64,000 bases of DNA, from the NCBI GenBank assembly GCA_965224245.1, contig OZ245046.1, forward strand, positions 6,080,001 through 6,144,000, read 5' to 3'. Source of the stretch: Candidatus Eiseniibacteriota bacterium (GTDB lineage: Bacteria; Eisenbacteria; RBG-16-71-46; CAZAMP01). Every line of letters starts with the position of its first letter. Positions within the stretch are counted from its first letter, which is position 1. Below are positions 20,923-30,994 of this stretch, one piece after another. The translations under genes were made by a program, and so were the position numbers. Under the pieces are notes generated by a model. It was not told the origin of the DNA, searched no databases, and saw only the letters and a program-made list of their open reading frames with translations.

Positions 20923-21858
20923 GTGTCAGAGCAGGGCTATGTAGCACTTACCGACCCGGACTGGTATAGGCATCTTCTGTCTCAAACGCGGGTCGACGAG
21001 GTCAACTTCTGGCAGCCGCGTGGCAATCGATCATTCCGTGCCTTGAGCAGCGGACAACCGTTCTTCTTCAAGCTGCGAGCACCCCAGAAGCAGATCGCTG
21101 GGTTCGGGTTCTTCGAACGTTTCGAGGCGCTTCCGGCGTGGCTGGCCTGGGAGTGTTTCGGAGAGATGAATGGAGCTGGTAGTTTCGAGGAGATGGTCGA
21201 GCGTATCCTCAAGCTGCGTGGCGAGGGGTCGCAAACCGGGGACTTCGTCATCGGATGCGTGATGATCAAAGCACCGGTCTTGTTCGAGCAGACGGATTGG
21301 GTCGAGCCGCCAAAGGACTGGGCGCGCACGGGGATTCAGCAGGGCAAGAGGTACGCACTGGACTCGCCGGAAGGAGAACGTGTCTTTCGCGAGTGCCTGG
21401 AGCGCGCAAGCGCCGGCACGCGTTACTGGAATGTCGATCGCGTAGCGGAGGAATCGCCGAGATACGGTGCACAGGTGGAGGTGCGGCCACGGCTCGGTCA
21501 GGGACTGTTCAGCCTCGCCGTTCGAGACGCGTACAAGGGGGCATGCGCCGTCACGCGGGAGCACTCTGGCCCCGTCCTGGAGGCTGCCCACATAGTCCCG
21601 TACAGTCGTGGAGGACAACACAACGTTCGCAACGGGCTGTTGCTCAGAAGCGATCTCCATCGGCTGTATGACCGCGGCTACGTCACTGTTACGCCGGACC
21701 ATGAGTTCGTCGTGGGGCGTCGCCTTCGAGACGACTTCAACAACGGTAGAAGCTACTACTCATTGAATGGTGTACAGGTCTCGACGCCGGATGAGGCGCA
21801 ATGGCGCCCGAATCCGGAACACCTCGAATGGCACGTGAGCGAGGTGTTTCGCGGCTAG
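20923..21858 (+). CDS. HNH endonuclease (putative restriction enzyme)
   Basis: RPRLGQGLF..AVRDAY...CAVT...LEAAHI...NGLLLRSDLHRLYDRG...LEWH; N-terminal EVNFWQP domain. Confidence 0.88.
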   Translation: MSEQGYVALTDPDWYRHLLSQTRVDEVNFWQPRGNRSFRALSSGQPFFFKLRAPQKQIAGFGFFERFEALPAWLAWECFGEMNGAGSFEEMVERILKLRGEGSQTGDFVIGCVMIKAPVLFEQTDWVEPPKDWARTGIQQGKRYALDSPEGERVFRECLERASAGTRYWNVDRVAEESPRYGAQVEVRPRLGQGLFSLAVRDAYKGACAVTREHSGPVLEAAHIVPYSRGGQHNVRNGLLLRSDLHRLYDRGYVTVTPDHEFVVGRRLRDDFNNGRSYYSLNGVQVSTPDEAQWRPNPEHLEWHVSEVFRG

Positions 21859-21944
21859 GTTGGTTGTCGTGAGGGCGTCACGAGATGTCATCTGCGCGGT
21901 CTCGGCGCGAAGGGTGGTTCCACGAGGACATCAGACGGAGGGGG

Positions 21945-22586
21945 ATGATGAAGATCGTACCCGGTGCTGGCGTACTCGCCTTGCTTGTCATGGCGGCGTC
22001 GACGCACGCAGGTCGAGTCGACTGGCAATCCGAGTCGGGCATCATCGCGTACGCCAGCGGAGCATACCTAGATCGGGCGGGGAACCTCTGGCAGATACAT
22101 GATGGAGGGGGCAGCGGCTGGGACTGGTATCCGAGAGATGTGCCTGGTGGGGGTGAGTGGCCCGTCCCGATCTCGGAGATAGAGTGGTGGGGCTTCTGGT
22201 CGCTGGTTACAAGGGACGGTGGGGGTTGGGCAGCAAACGAGGATGAGTGGTTCTTCGTCGGGAATCTGCCAGGCTCTCCCGTGGGGGTCATTCATGCTTC
22301 CGAACGTAGCCCTGACGCCATGGCACGTCCCAACCCATTTGCCCAGTCGACGATTCTGGAGTTTGAGACGAGCCATGCGCTGAACGACGCACGTGTTGAA
22401 CTCTACAGCGTCGATGGTCGTCGAGTGCACGAGATCGTGATTGGAGACGTGGAGATAGAGCAGTTCTCCATTGCGTGGGACGGACGAGACGGGAATGGAT
22501 TGCAGTTGGAGCCGGGAGTCTACTTGGCGACGCTAAGCTCAAGAGGTGGAGTCGAAATGACGATCAAGATCACCTACTCACCGTGA
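21945..22586 (+). CDS. Secreted protein with FlgD/T9SS-like CTD
   Basis: Signal peptide; PNPF, YSVDGRRV, WDGRD, PGVY. Confidence 0.75.
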   Translation: MMKIVPGAGVLALLVMAASTHAGRVDWQSESGIIAYASGAYLDRAGNLWQIHDGGGSGWDWYPRDVPGGGEWPVPISEIEWWGFWSLVTRDGGGWAANEDEWFFVGNLPGSPVGVIHASERSPDAMARPNPFAQSTILEFETSHALNDARVELYSVDGRRVHEIVIGDVEIEQFSIAWDGRDGNGLQLEPGVYLATLSSRGGVEMTIKITYSP

Positions 22587-23138
22587 GCGAGTGTGGGGCC
22601 TCGTGTTTCGCAAGATCAGCTTCGCAGCCACATGGGCGACGTCGTTCTCGTAGCCGGCTGATGCCGTGGACATCAGTCGCTCGCAGATCCAATCCTCGTC
22701 AAACAACTGCCAACGTTGTGCGCCAAAGTGCATGCGGAGTCCCTCGCGATCGGTGACGCGAGCAACATTTCCTGCGGCCAGGCAGAGAGTGACACGCGGT
22801 GATCGACGGCAGGCACCGCTTGCCACGAGCTGCTCCTGGAGCCTGGCCAAAACGACATCTCGGAGCTTGTCGTCGGTGAAGAGCTTGTACCGAGTCGGCG
22901 GCTCGAACGATCCGTTCCGGAACACGACACCCCGAGAGTCGAGATAGGACTTGCACTCGACGACGAGGACCTCGTTCTTGGCTCCCTTGTAGGCGAGAAC
23001 GTCTAGTTCCCATCGAGGGGAGCTGTGCCGACCGATCGCTTGCTTGTCGTCCTTCGTCAACGCGACGCGGAAACTGGTCGTCGTCCAGTAGCCGTCCCGC
23101 TTCAGCAGGAGCGCGATCAGCGTCTCGAATGCATCCAC
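22578..23138 (-). CDS. PD-(D/E)XK restriction-endonuclease-like protein
   Basis: GGAGG + GTG; DAFE...ELDVLAY...VVECKSY. Confidence 0.7.
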   Translation of the reverse strand: MDAFETLIALLLKRDGYWTTTSFRVALTKDDKQAIGRHSSPRWELDVLAYKGAKNEVLVVECKSYLDSRGVVFRNGSFEPPTRYKLFTDDKLRDVVLARLQEQLVASGACRRSPRVTLCLAAGNVARVTDREGLRMHFGAQRWQLFDEDWICERLMSTASAGYENDVAHVAAKLILRNTRPHTRSR

Positions 23139-23269
23139 GATCCCTCCTCGGGTCGGCCTTTCAGATAGCAGTTCGCGCGGCTGGAGTCGAGGACTTGGAG
23201 ACAATGATGAAGAGAGAAACCCGGCGCACCCGCACCGGGCTATCGAGACTCACGATGTCGCCCGCTCGA

Positions 23270-23884
23270 TCAGTCGCCGCTGACCATCTCCCTCAACATC
23301 CCCGCCTGCCGCTCCAACCTCTCCGCGATCTCGACGAGCCTCGGCGCCCGACCGAAGACGAGGTTCCCCGGCGCGAACGGCAGCGTCTCCTCCTCGCCCG
23401 ACCACGGCTCGACGTATCGCACGTAGACGAGGTCGCAGCCCTGGAAGCCCATGCCGCGCTCGACGCGCTCGACGGTGCCGACGATGTGGCTGGCGTCTTC
23501 GCGATGCGGGTTGTGGCGGATCATGACCTTGTCGCCGGGGTTCACGTCGGATCTCCTTTCGGTGGTTCGCGGTGGCGCGGGGCGAGACCCACCGCCGAGC
23601 GACTCGGTCACCGCCTCTCGCTCCGTCGAGCCGAGGTGTTCCATCGGTGCCAGCCGGTTCCCCGACCAGGCGTAGACTGCCTTCGCCCCAGCGTCGACCC
23701 GATCGACCCAGTTCACCGCGTTGCTGAAGGAGAACACCGAGAACGGCCGAGGCGTCGCCCCACCTCGTCGCTCCCGACACGCGGCGAGAACGGCACGCCC
23801 GACCTCCATGGCCAGGCGCTCGTCGGACTCGTTTGCGTTGCGAACGGCGTCTTCGTAGATCCAGAGCACGTGCGCGTATCCCAT
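23270..23884 (-). CDS. Hypothetical protein (possibly two fused small genes; internal RBS + GTG at 23545)
   Basis: GGAGG before 23884 and AAAGGAG before 23545 in the same frame. Confidence 0.55.
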   Translation of the reverse strand: MGYAHVLWIYEDAVRNANESDERLAMEVGRAVLAACRERRGGATPRPFSVFSFSNAVNWVDRVDAGAKAVYAWSGNRLAPMEHLGSTEREAVTESLGGGSRPAPPRTTERRSDVNPGDKVMIRHNPHREDASHIVGTVERVERGMGFQGCDLVYVRYVEPWSGEEETLPFAPGNLVFGRAPRLVEIAERLERQAGMLREMVSGD

Positions 23885-23893
23885 GGTGGCCTC

Positions 23894-24493
23894 CTACTTG
23901 AGCGCGGCGCGTAGACGGTTCGCCAATGAGCCCGCCTTGTTTCCGACGACCTCGCGCGGACCAAGGTGCCGATCGGTGTAGTCCAACGCCGCCTTGTTGA
24001 TCGAGACCTTGATCAGCTCGGGGTTCAGCACCTCCTCGGTGTCCGGCCGCCCCTTGATCGCGACCTTCACGCTCTTGCCACTCTTCTCGACGAGGAACGT
24101 CACGCGCTCGGCGACGTTGGTGGCGCGCCCTCCGGTGAACTCACAGGGGACGCCGGCCTTCTTGCACGCGTCTCGGTAGGGGCCGAGGACGTCTCGGAAG
24201 TGCGCCTTGGCGTCGGCGATGAGGGTGTTCGCCTCGCCTCGGAGCGTGGCGGCCTCGGCCTGCATCTCTCGGACGTTCCGCTCGGCGTCGACGACGGCGG
24301 TGCGGAGCGCGTCGAGGTCGGGGGTGGCCGTGTCGCGCGTCGTCGCGGGCGGTGTCGGCGTTTCGGCGGCCGGTGGGGCCTCGGGGGCCTTCTTCGTCCG
24401 GGCCTTCGCCGTGCGGCCTGATCTCGCCCCGGTGCCGCCCGTGGTCGCCTTCGTCGCCTTCGTCTTCCTCGGAGCCGTCTTCTTCGTCGCCAT
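23894..24493 (-). CDS. Hypothetical protein with Lys/Thr/Ala-rich basic N-terminus and coiled coil
   Basis: GAGGAGG + MATKKTAPRKTKATKA... Confidence 0.7.
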   Translation of the reverse strand: MATKKTAPRKTKATKATTGGTGARSGRTAKARTKKAPEAPPAAETPTPPATTRDTATPDLDALRTAVVDAERNVREMQAEAATLRGEANTLIADAKAHFRDVLGPYRDACKKAGVPCEFTGGRATNVAERVTFLVEKSGKSVKVAIKGRPDTEEVLNPELIKVSINKAALDYTDRHLGPREVVGNKAGSLANRLRAALK

Positions 24494-24545
24494 CTCGTCC
24501 TCCTCGGCTGTGTCGCAGGCGCGGCGGATTGCGCGCCACTGCGAC

Positions 24546-24579
24546 ACATGCACGCTCGAGCCTGGCGAGGTCATCAAGT
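24546..24579 (-). promoter_or_regulatory. Conserved upstream motif ACTTGAT-N15-GAGCGTGCATGT
   Basis: Near-identical architecture at 28770-28802, upstream of the other leftward operon. Confidence 0.55.
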
Positions 24580-24907
24580 CATTTCAGGGGAATAAGTTAG
24601 CTTGATTTGGCGCCCATCGGAGCGAACCATGTGGGGAGCGATGAGGGCTGGAAAGCTCCCGGCGTCGCGGGGCCCGGACGCTGGGGGCGGCGTGAGGCAC
24701 TGCTTGCCATGGCGAGCGGTTGGGCGAGGGAAGCGGTGACATCCGGACACCACGACGCCCCCGACGACGCGCTCTGACGCGCCGGGGGGGCGGGGTATCT
24801 GGTTCCCCACGCCGATGAGGTGATGCGGAAGCGAAGGTGCAGAGCGCTGATGCTTGGGGAACGCGGGGACAGTACCACACGTCGTCGCGCGAGCGAGTTA
24901 GGAGAGC

Positions 24908-25504
24908 ATGAGGATGCCATATCGTGCCCCCGAGACCATGACCACCGCCGAGCAGCGACGGCTCCTCGACGTCAGCGCCGAGAGCCCACGCCCACGCGAT
25001 CACGTGATGATCTCGCTTGCACTCGGCACCGGGCTTCGGCTCGGCGAGCTGCTCGCGCTCGACGTAGGCGACGTCAGCCCCGATGGCGTCCACGTACGCA
25101 CCCGCGTGAAGCTGCGCGTCGAGACGACCAAAGGCTCGCGCAAGGGCGAGGTGTTTCTGCCCGATCGGGTCGTCGAGAAGCTGACGCGGTTCCTGGCGTG
25201 GAAGTCGATGATGGGGGAGTCGCTCGATGGCGACGCGCCGTTGTTCATCTCATCGTGGGGGAGACGGTTGTCGGCGAGGCGGACGCAGATGATGTTTCAT
25301 GGATGGCAGCGCAGAGCCGGTTTTGATCGACTGTACAACTGGCACTGCACCAGGCATTCGGCTATTTCCAACGTCTACCGAGCGTCTCGGGACCTCTTCC
25401 TCGCCCAGCGGTTCGCTCGCCACGCGTCACCCCTCACCACCATCATCTACACCCACGTATCGGATGAGGAGATGGCGGAGAGAGTGAAGGAGCTGCCGTG
25501 TTGA
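24908..25504 (+). CDS. Tyrosine recombinase, catalytic domain only
   Basis: RD...TGLRLGELL, TKG, HCTRHS, ARH.S..TT.IYTH; only 198 aa. Confidence 0.9.
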   Translation: MRMPYRAPETMTTAEQRRLLDVSAESPRPRDHVMISLALGTGLRLGELLALDVGDVSPDGVHVRTRVKLRVETTKGSRKGEVFLPDRVVEKLTRFLAWKSMMGESLDGDAPLFISSWGRRLSARRTQMMFHGWQRRAGFDRLYNWHCTRHSAISNVYRASRDLFLAQRFARHASPLTTIIYTHVSDEEMAERVKELPC

Positions 25505-25625
25505 CGTGGGTTGCGGTCGTCATGGTTGGCACGCTCGCGGCCCTCTGAGTCTCGACGCGCGTTCCGGCGGGAACTGTCGTAGCGTTCCATGCGGTTTCCT
25601 CGCGGAAGTCGCCGGTGTGGACTGC

Positions 25626-26273
25626 CTACGGAATGACGTAGAGGAACACGGCAAAGAAGTGACAAATGCTGCCGCCGAGCACAAATACGTGCCAGATCGC
25701 ATGATGGAACGGTCGTCGCGAGACGAAGAAGACGATGCCGAGCGTGTACGCGACACCGCCGGCCAGGAGCAAGGCGAGTCCAGCAGGCGCGAGTTCTGTC
25801 AGCAATGGCCGGGCAGCGCCGACGATCCCCCAGCCCATCAACACGTAGAGCAGCAGCTGGAGGCGACGCGCACGACCGCGCGAAACGGCTTCCAGCACGA
25901 TCCCCCCGATCGCGAGGCCCCAGACCACGGCGAAGAGGCTCCATCCCCAGCGCCCATCGAGCGTAATGAGAGCGAAGGGTGTGTAGGTACCCGCGATCAG
26001 CAGATAGATCGCGGAGTGGTCGAGAATGCCGAAGACCCGCTTGCCACGTCCAGACGGCAGCGCGTGATAGACCGTTGACGACGCATACAGGACGACCAGC
26101 GTGGCCCCGTAGATGGTGCAAGAGACCACGTCGATCGCGGAGCCCCTCCGAGCCGCAAACACGATCATGAGAACGAGCGCCGCAATCCCGATCAGCAAGC
26201 CGACGCCGTGAGTCAGGCTATGGGCCAGCTCCTCGGCGGCCGTGAACTTCTCGTCGGGATCTTTGGCAGGCAT
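25626..26273 (-). CDS. Hemolysin III / PAQR family membrane protein
   Basis: EELAHSLTHG, SSTVYH, LDHSAIYLLIAGTYTP, HAIWHVFVLGG. Confidence 0.93.
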   Translation of the reverse strand: MPAKDPDEKFTAAEELAHSLTHGVGLLIGIAALVLMIVFAARRGSAIDVVSCTIYGATLVVLYASSTVYHALPSGRGKRVFGILDHSAIYLLIAGTYTPFALITLDGRWGWSLFAVVWGLAIGGIVLEAVSRGRARRLQLLLYVLMGWGIVGAARPLLTELAPAGLALLLAGGVAYTLGIVFFVSRRPFHHAIWHVFVLGGSICHFFAVFLYVIP

Positions 26274-26371
26274 GGTTCGGATCTACAACGCTCCTCACAT
26301 CGATCTGGTGGAGGCGGCAGCATAGCAAAGGGCCAGGGTAGGGACATTCTGGGGCACGAAAGCGGCAGCGG

Positions 26372-26701
26372 TCAGGGCAGGGCGCGGCGCTGGTCCGTCC
26401 ACGAGATCGATCGCAGCGCGGCCCGAAGCCGGGTCTCCCCAACCACGATCGTCCCATCGAGCAGCCCCACCTGGATGTCCGGCGCCAGTCCCAGCAGCGC
26501 CGTGATCTGCGAGAGCCGCGCCCTCGACACCCCGGCGACCCGAGCCACCTCGGCGAACGACTCCACACGCCCGTCGCGCACCATCTCGTCGAGCATGAGC
26601 GCCAGCGCCATGAGCCGGGCCGATCGGGGCACGGTGGGGACATCGGGTTCGGCGGCAGGGGCAGACTTGGGGCGAAACGTGGCGCGTATCGTCACGCTCA
26701 T
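26372..26701 (-). CDS. Small HTH protein coupled to the serine recombinase
   Basis: SFAEVARVAGVSRARLSQITALLGLAPDIQ; overlaps the LSR stop. Confidence 0.8.
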   Translation of the reverse strand: MSVTIRATFRPKSAPAAEPDVPTVPRSARLMALALMLDEMVRDGRVESFAEVARVAGVSRARLSQITALLGLAPDIQVGLLDGTIVVGETRLRAALRSISWTDQRRALP

Positions 26702-28248
26702 GGGCCACCTCCGGGCAGAAGCGAGGCCGCTTCCTCGCGAAACGTAATCGCCACCTCGCCTGACGCCCCGTCGTACTCGACACGCTCGACGAGCAGCGCC
26801 AGCGCCTCGTGCTTCTCACGCGCCGTCAGACGCGCCCACAATGCGTCGAACTGCGACATGGCTTCCGACACGCCCGTGCGGTTGATCGCGCGGCCACGGA
26901 CGGCTGTGAGCGTCTCCTGGGCCACACGGCGGCGGTGCTCGGTGGTCTTGACCCGTCGCGTGATCTCGGTGATCCGATCGTCGTCGGCATCGCCACGGGC
27001 GCGGTTGAGTTCTCCACGCATCTGCTTGATCTCGGCGTCGAGCAGGCGGACGTCGTTGGCCAGTTCCTTCGCGCGGGCTTTCGCCTGGGCCTTCGCCGAC
27101 GCGACGGTGGCGGCGATGAGCTTCGGGTCGCTGCCGATGCCCCGGATCTGGTCGATGACGAACGCTTCGATCTCGCCGGCGGCGACCGGAGCAGTGGGGC
27201 AGACGTGGGCGCCTTCCTTCACGCGTCGCACGCATGAGTAGTAGCGATACCTCCGCGAGCCCTTCGTCGTCGCGGTCCTCGTCATCGCGGCGTCGCAGGC
27301 CGAGCATCGGAGGAGACCGGCGAGGAGGGCGACGCGCTTGGTCTTAGGCGCTGAGCCGTTCGTCACGCGATTGCCTGCGAGGCACGCCTGGACCGCCTCG
27401 AACGTCGCGACGTCCACGATGGCCTCGTGCTCGGCATCCACGATCTCGTCGCCGCAGCGGATGCGCCCGGCGTAGAGCGGGTTCGTCAGGAGCTTCTGGA
27501 GAGTCGACTTGCCGAAGGCCGAGTCGCCGTAGGTCTTGCCCGCCGCCGAAGCCCACCGCTTCGTGGTCCAGCCTCGACGGCGGATCTCGGCGATGGTGGC
27601 CGCGAGCGATCGCGTCTCCAGGTACGTCGCGAAGATCGCGCGCACCCGCTCGGCCTCGCCCTCGTTCACGACGAGCCGGCCACCGCCGTCCGCGATGTCG
27701 TACCCAAGCATTGGCACGCCGCCCGTCCACTGACCCCGTCGACGCGCCGCACGCATCTTGTCTCGCGTGCGCTCCCGGATCATCTCGCGCTCGAACTCGG
27801 CGAAGCTCATCAGCATGTTCAGCGTCAGCCGGCCCATCGAGGTGGACGTGTCGAGCTGCTGGGTCACCGAGACAAGGCCGACCTCGTGCTTCTCCAGCGT
27901 CTGCATAATCCGCGCGAAGTCCAGCAACGCACGCGAGACGCGGTCGACCTTGAGGACGACGACCCGATCGATCAGGCCCGCCTCGATGTCGCGCAGCAGA
28001 CGCTGGAACGCGGGTCGGCGTGTGTCGCCGCCGCTGAACCCACGGTCCTCGTAGACGTCGGGGAGCGCGGTCCAGCCGGCGTGGCGCTGGCTCGCAATGT
28101 AGGCGAGGCAAGCCTCCCGTTGCGCATCGATGGAGCTGAACACCTGATCCGCAGCATCATCGACCGATATGCGGACGTAGACGGCGCAGCGGACCACCGG
28201 CGGCGCCTGACGCCTGCCGTTGCGCGATGTGGTCGACAGGGCGGCCAT
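26698..28248 (-). CDS. Large serine recombinase (resolvase + recombinase + Zn-ribbon domains)
   Basis: CAVYVRIS, YEDRGFSG...RPAFQRLL, DRVSR, FAEFEREMIRERT, NPLYAG, LLRCSAC...YYSC. Confidence 0.95.
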   Translation of the reverse strand: MAALSTTSRNGRRQAPPVVRCAVYVRISVDDAADQVFSSIDAQREACLAYIASQRHAGWTALPDVYEDRGFSGGDTRRPAFQRLLRDIEAGLIDRVVVLKVDRVSRALLDFARIMQTLEKHEVGLVSVTQQLDTSTSMGRLTLNMLMSFAEFEREMIRERTRDKMRAARRRGQWTGGVPMLGYDIADGGGRLVVNEGEAERVRAIFATYLETRSLAATIAEIRRRGWTTKRWASAAGKTYGDSAFGKSTLQKLLTNPLYAGRIRCGDEIVDAEHEAIVDVATFEAVQACLAGNRVTNGSAPKTKRVALLAGLLRCSACDAAMTRTATTKGSRRYRYYSCVRRVKEGAHVCPTAPVAAGEIEAFVIDQIRGIGSDPKLIAATVASAKAQAKARAKELANDVRLLDAEIKQMRGELNRARGDADDDRITEITRRVKTTEHRRRVAQETLTAVRGRAINRTGVSEAMSQFDALWARLTAREKHEALALLVERVEYDGASGEVAITFREEAASLLPGGGP

Positions 28249-28250
28249 GG

Positions 28251-28739
28251 TCAGTCTCTCGCTCCCTTGAGCCAAAACACCTTGCCATTCCAGTTCACGC
28301 CCGTCGCGGCCCTCGCCGCCCCGCTGAGCGAGCGGTACACGTCGCCGTCGAACTCGAAGCCGCCGTGCTCCAGGACACGGCACTCCAGGACGCGGTCTCT
28401 GTACTCGCGGCGAAGCACCGTGCCGGCGGGCGGGAGGTTGAGGTCGCGCGATGGCAGGCGATTGCGGACTCGGCGGGTTGCGGAGCCATCGGCGTTAGTC
28501 GGCGGTCGCGTGCGCAAGAAGCTGAAGTCTGCCAACTCACGCGCGCGTTCCATCACCGCTGCCGGATGTCCGGTCCAGCCTTCCTCTCGCGCCTGGAGCC
28601 GCCAGATCACGCGCTTGATCAGGTGCGGCTTCGAGTGCGCCCGCGTCGGCTCCTGCCACACGCGCTCATACTCCCGCTGCAACTCCTTCACCGTCATTCC
28701 CCCGAGCCGTTCGAACTCGGTGTCGATGTCGAGCGCCAT
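28251..28739 (-). CDS. DUF2924-like protein
   Basis: L.KRVIWRLQAREEG, PAGTVLRREY, FEFDG..YRSLS.AARA.TG..WNG..F; immediately upstream of LSR. Confidence 0.85.
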   Translation of the reverse strand: MALDIDTEFERLGGMTVKELQREYERVWQEPTRAHSKPHLIKRVIWRLQAREEGWTGHPAAVMERARELADFSFLRTRPPTNADGSATRRVRNRLPSRDLNLPPAGTVLRREYRDRVLECRVLEHGGFEFDGDVYRSLSGAARAATGVNWNGKVFWLKGARD

Positions 28740-28769
28740 GTATGCCTCCTTTCGGTGCCAACCACCCGG

Positions 28770-28802
28770 ACATGACCGCTCTCATCGGCGGGGACATCAA
28801 GT
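28770..28802 (-). promoter_or_regulatory. Conserved upstream motif ACTTGAT-N14-GAGCGGTCATGT
   Basis: Matches 24546-24579. Confidence 0.55.
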
Positions 28803-29360
28803 GGTTCGTCCGCACTTCCGTGTGCGTGGCTTCGAACGTAGGCACGAGCGAAGAGGCTCGCCAGTGCGTCGCGGAGCGTCACCGGCCGAGTGCGTGGTGT
28901 GGCGGCGCCGATGACGGGCTGTAGTCCGTCCTCTCGCAATCACTTGCTCCCTTGCTCTTGACTCTCCGTCGTCGTGCGCACTAGGAATCAGCCTTGAGCG
29001 GGGCACTTCTCGACGAGAAGGGGCCAAGAGAGGCCAGGTCGAGGCTCGATCCCCGTTCAACGTCAGGTGATGTGGAAAGAGCACGTCGGTGGTTGTGTCG
29101 CCTGGTGGTACCTGCGTCGCAAGGACACTTCGCCGCCAGCACGTTGTGGCGTCGGACGAGGGGAGCCGAGTGTTTGCAGCAACGGGTCATGAAGCCTTCC
29201 CCCTAGAGTTGACGGCGTGACGGCCCTTCTCGGAGCGGTCCGAGAGTCTGATGGACTTCTCTTGTCCACTAACGCCATCTCGCCACGAGACGTCTCATGG
29301 CGAGCGTGCGGAGAGCAGGGCTTGTTCGTCGATGAACGGAACCAAGAGGGGGCGTGAGTC

Positions 29361-30128
29361 ATGCCTTCTGGAATTGCCCTGCTACTTGCCACGATGCAGC
29401 GACGCATTCGCGACGCATATCCCAACGGATTTCCCAAGGAGCTCCAAGAGCGGATGGAGCTCGAAATGGAAGCAATCCGAATCGAATCCGAGATGAAAGA
29501 ACGGCGGCGCATAAGAACCGCCGACCTCGATGAACTCGTTGCGCTTGTCGTGGCCGCGATCGGCTGTGATGGCACGAATTCAGATGAGACAATGGACGAA
29601 CTCACTCGTGAACTGGAGTTGGTCGTTCAACGCGCACCGATCAAGACACCAGACGACCTGGCATCCTTGCTCCGCAAAGTGATCGAAAACGTCCGAGATG
29701 TGACCACACCGGTGCCGGCTCATCGGCTGGACGTTACCGGAAAGACGGAGAGCCGCGGCACCAACATCGTGCTGCTAAATGAGCAGCGAACGCGCATCAA
29801 AGACGGCCAGTTCCCATTGTTGATGCGACTGGTTGTCGCGAGACTCGAGGGCGAGGATGATGGTGTCCACAAGATGGACATGGTCCGCGAGAACGTCACA
29901 CCCGCGCACCCAGACGGCGTCATCAATCGACTGCGTGATCACATACGAGACGGACTTGGCCTGTCTTCATCCGATAAGACATGCATCGCTACGGTTCCTG
30001 TCGGGAAGATCCGTTTGGAAGTGCCCACGGAGAACATCCAGTACAACAAGACGCTGCTGTTGGACCACCACATCGCCATCGTTCGTGACCTCGCTGAGCG
30101 CTTGCCTGATCTGTCCCTAGCGCGCTAG
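29361..30128 (+). CDS. Hypothetical protein (possible C-terminal winged-helix regulator)
   Basis: 255-aa ORF; INRLRDHI-like segment; no firm family. Confidence 0.55.
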   Translation: MPSGIALLLATMQRRIRDAYPNGFPKELQERMELEMEAIRIESEMKERRRIRTADLDELVALVVAAIGCDGTNSDETMDELTRELELVVQRAPIKTPDDLASLLRKVIENVRDVTTPVPAHRLDVTGKTESRGTNIVLLNEQRTRIKDGQFPLLMRLVVARLEGEDDGVHKMDMVRENVTPAHPDGVINRLRDHIRDGLGLSSSDKTCIATVPVGKIRLEVPTENIQYNKTLLLDHHIAIVRDLAERLPDLSLAR

Positions 30129-30342
30129 TCCGGTCGCCCACTGACCGGGATTCAGCGCTGTATCTCATTCCCAGCATCGACTGCAGGGGGCTGGACGCCG
30201 GGCGTCGGTATGTCGCTGCCACTATGTGGCTTGCGAGTTCGTGATAGTACTCCGCGATACTCCGTCAGTCCCCACCACCATACCTGAAGTCGTTCAATGA
30301 GCGCGTACGGACGCACCCCGCACCACCGCGAGGAGTGCGGCC

Positions 30343-30975
30343 GTGCGTTCGGAAAACTCAATCGAAGACGCGGGGTGCGTCCTGGCGTCAATCCGTCGGC
30401 TGGTTCGGGGCAAGATCGCTGTCATTCGGGATCTCACTACCCGGGAGGACTATGAGGACATCGTCTCGGAGGTCGCGGCCAGAGTCTACTCGCCGCGCGA
30501 CCGATACTCCAACGTGACCGGAACGGAGCTACAGAGGCTACTGGCCGTGATCGTGCGGTCGGTGGTGATCGACTTCATTCGCCGGGCGTGTCGTTCGAAG
30601 CGTGTCGCACCCGGCGGATGCTCCTCTCTCGACGCGGATGTGGACCCGGACGTCGTCGACGGCGACCTCGTCGGCGATCGCATCGCGGATCTGGGTGCGC
30701 TCACTCCTGAGCGGGTGACCACCGAGCGTGCCATCGACGAGCGCCTTGCTCTCCTGGGCGGTCGGCTCACGACGCGACAGCGGGCCATCCTCGCCGGCCT
30801 CGTCCGAGGCAACCGCAGAGCGGAGATTGCAGGTGACGTCAGCGTATCGCGTTCCACGCTGCACCGCGAGATCACCCGCATTCGGTCGCTGCTGCATGAT
30901 GACCAACTGCGCGAGTTGCTCGACGGCGATGAGACACATCGCGGGGCATTGTCGTTATCCAAGGTGGATGGTTGA
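30343..30975 (+). CDS. Sigma-70/ECF-like HTH protein
   Basis: EDIVSEV...VIDFIRR (region 2-like); LTTRQRAIL...AEIAGDVSVSRSTLHREITRIR (region 4). Confidence 0.7.
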   Translation: MRSENSIEDAGCVLASIRRLVRGKIAVIRDLTTREDYEDIVSEVAARVYSPRDRYSNVTGTELQRLLAVIVRSVVIDFIRRACRSKRVAPGGCSSLDADVDPDVVDGDLVGDRIADLGALTPERVTTERAIDERLALLGGRLTTRQRAILAGLVRGNRRAEIAGDVSVSRSTLHREITRIRSLLHDDQLRELLDGDETHRGALSLSKVDG

Positions 30976-30994
30976 CCACGATGAGGAGGGCTAG

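Noticed and set aside
19422-22586. Co-oriented unrelated genes suggesting integron cassettes
   Set aside because: No attC-like RYYYAAC...GTTRRRY palindromes found, and the tyrosine recombinase lacks the IntI-specific insertion
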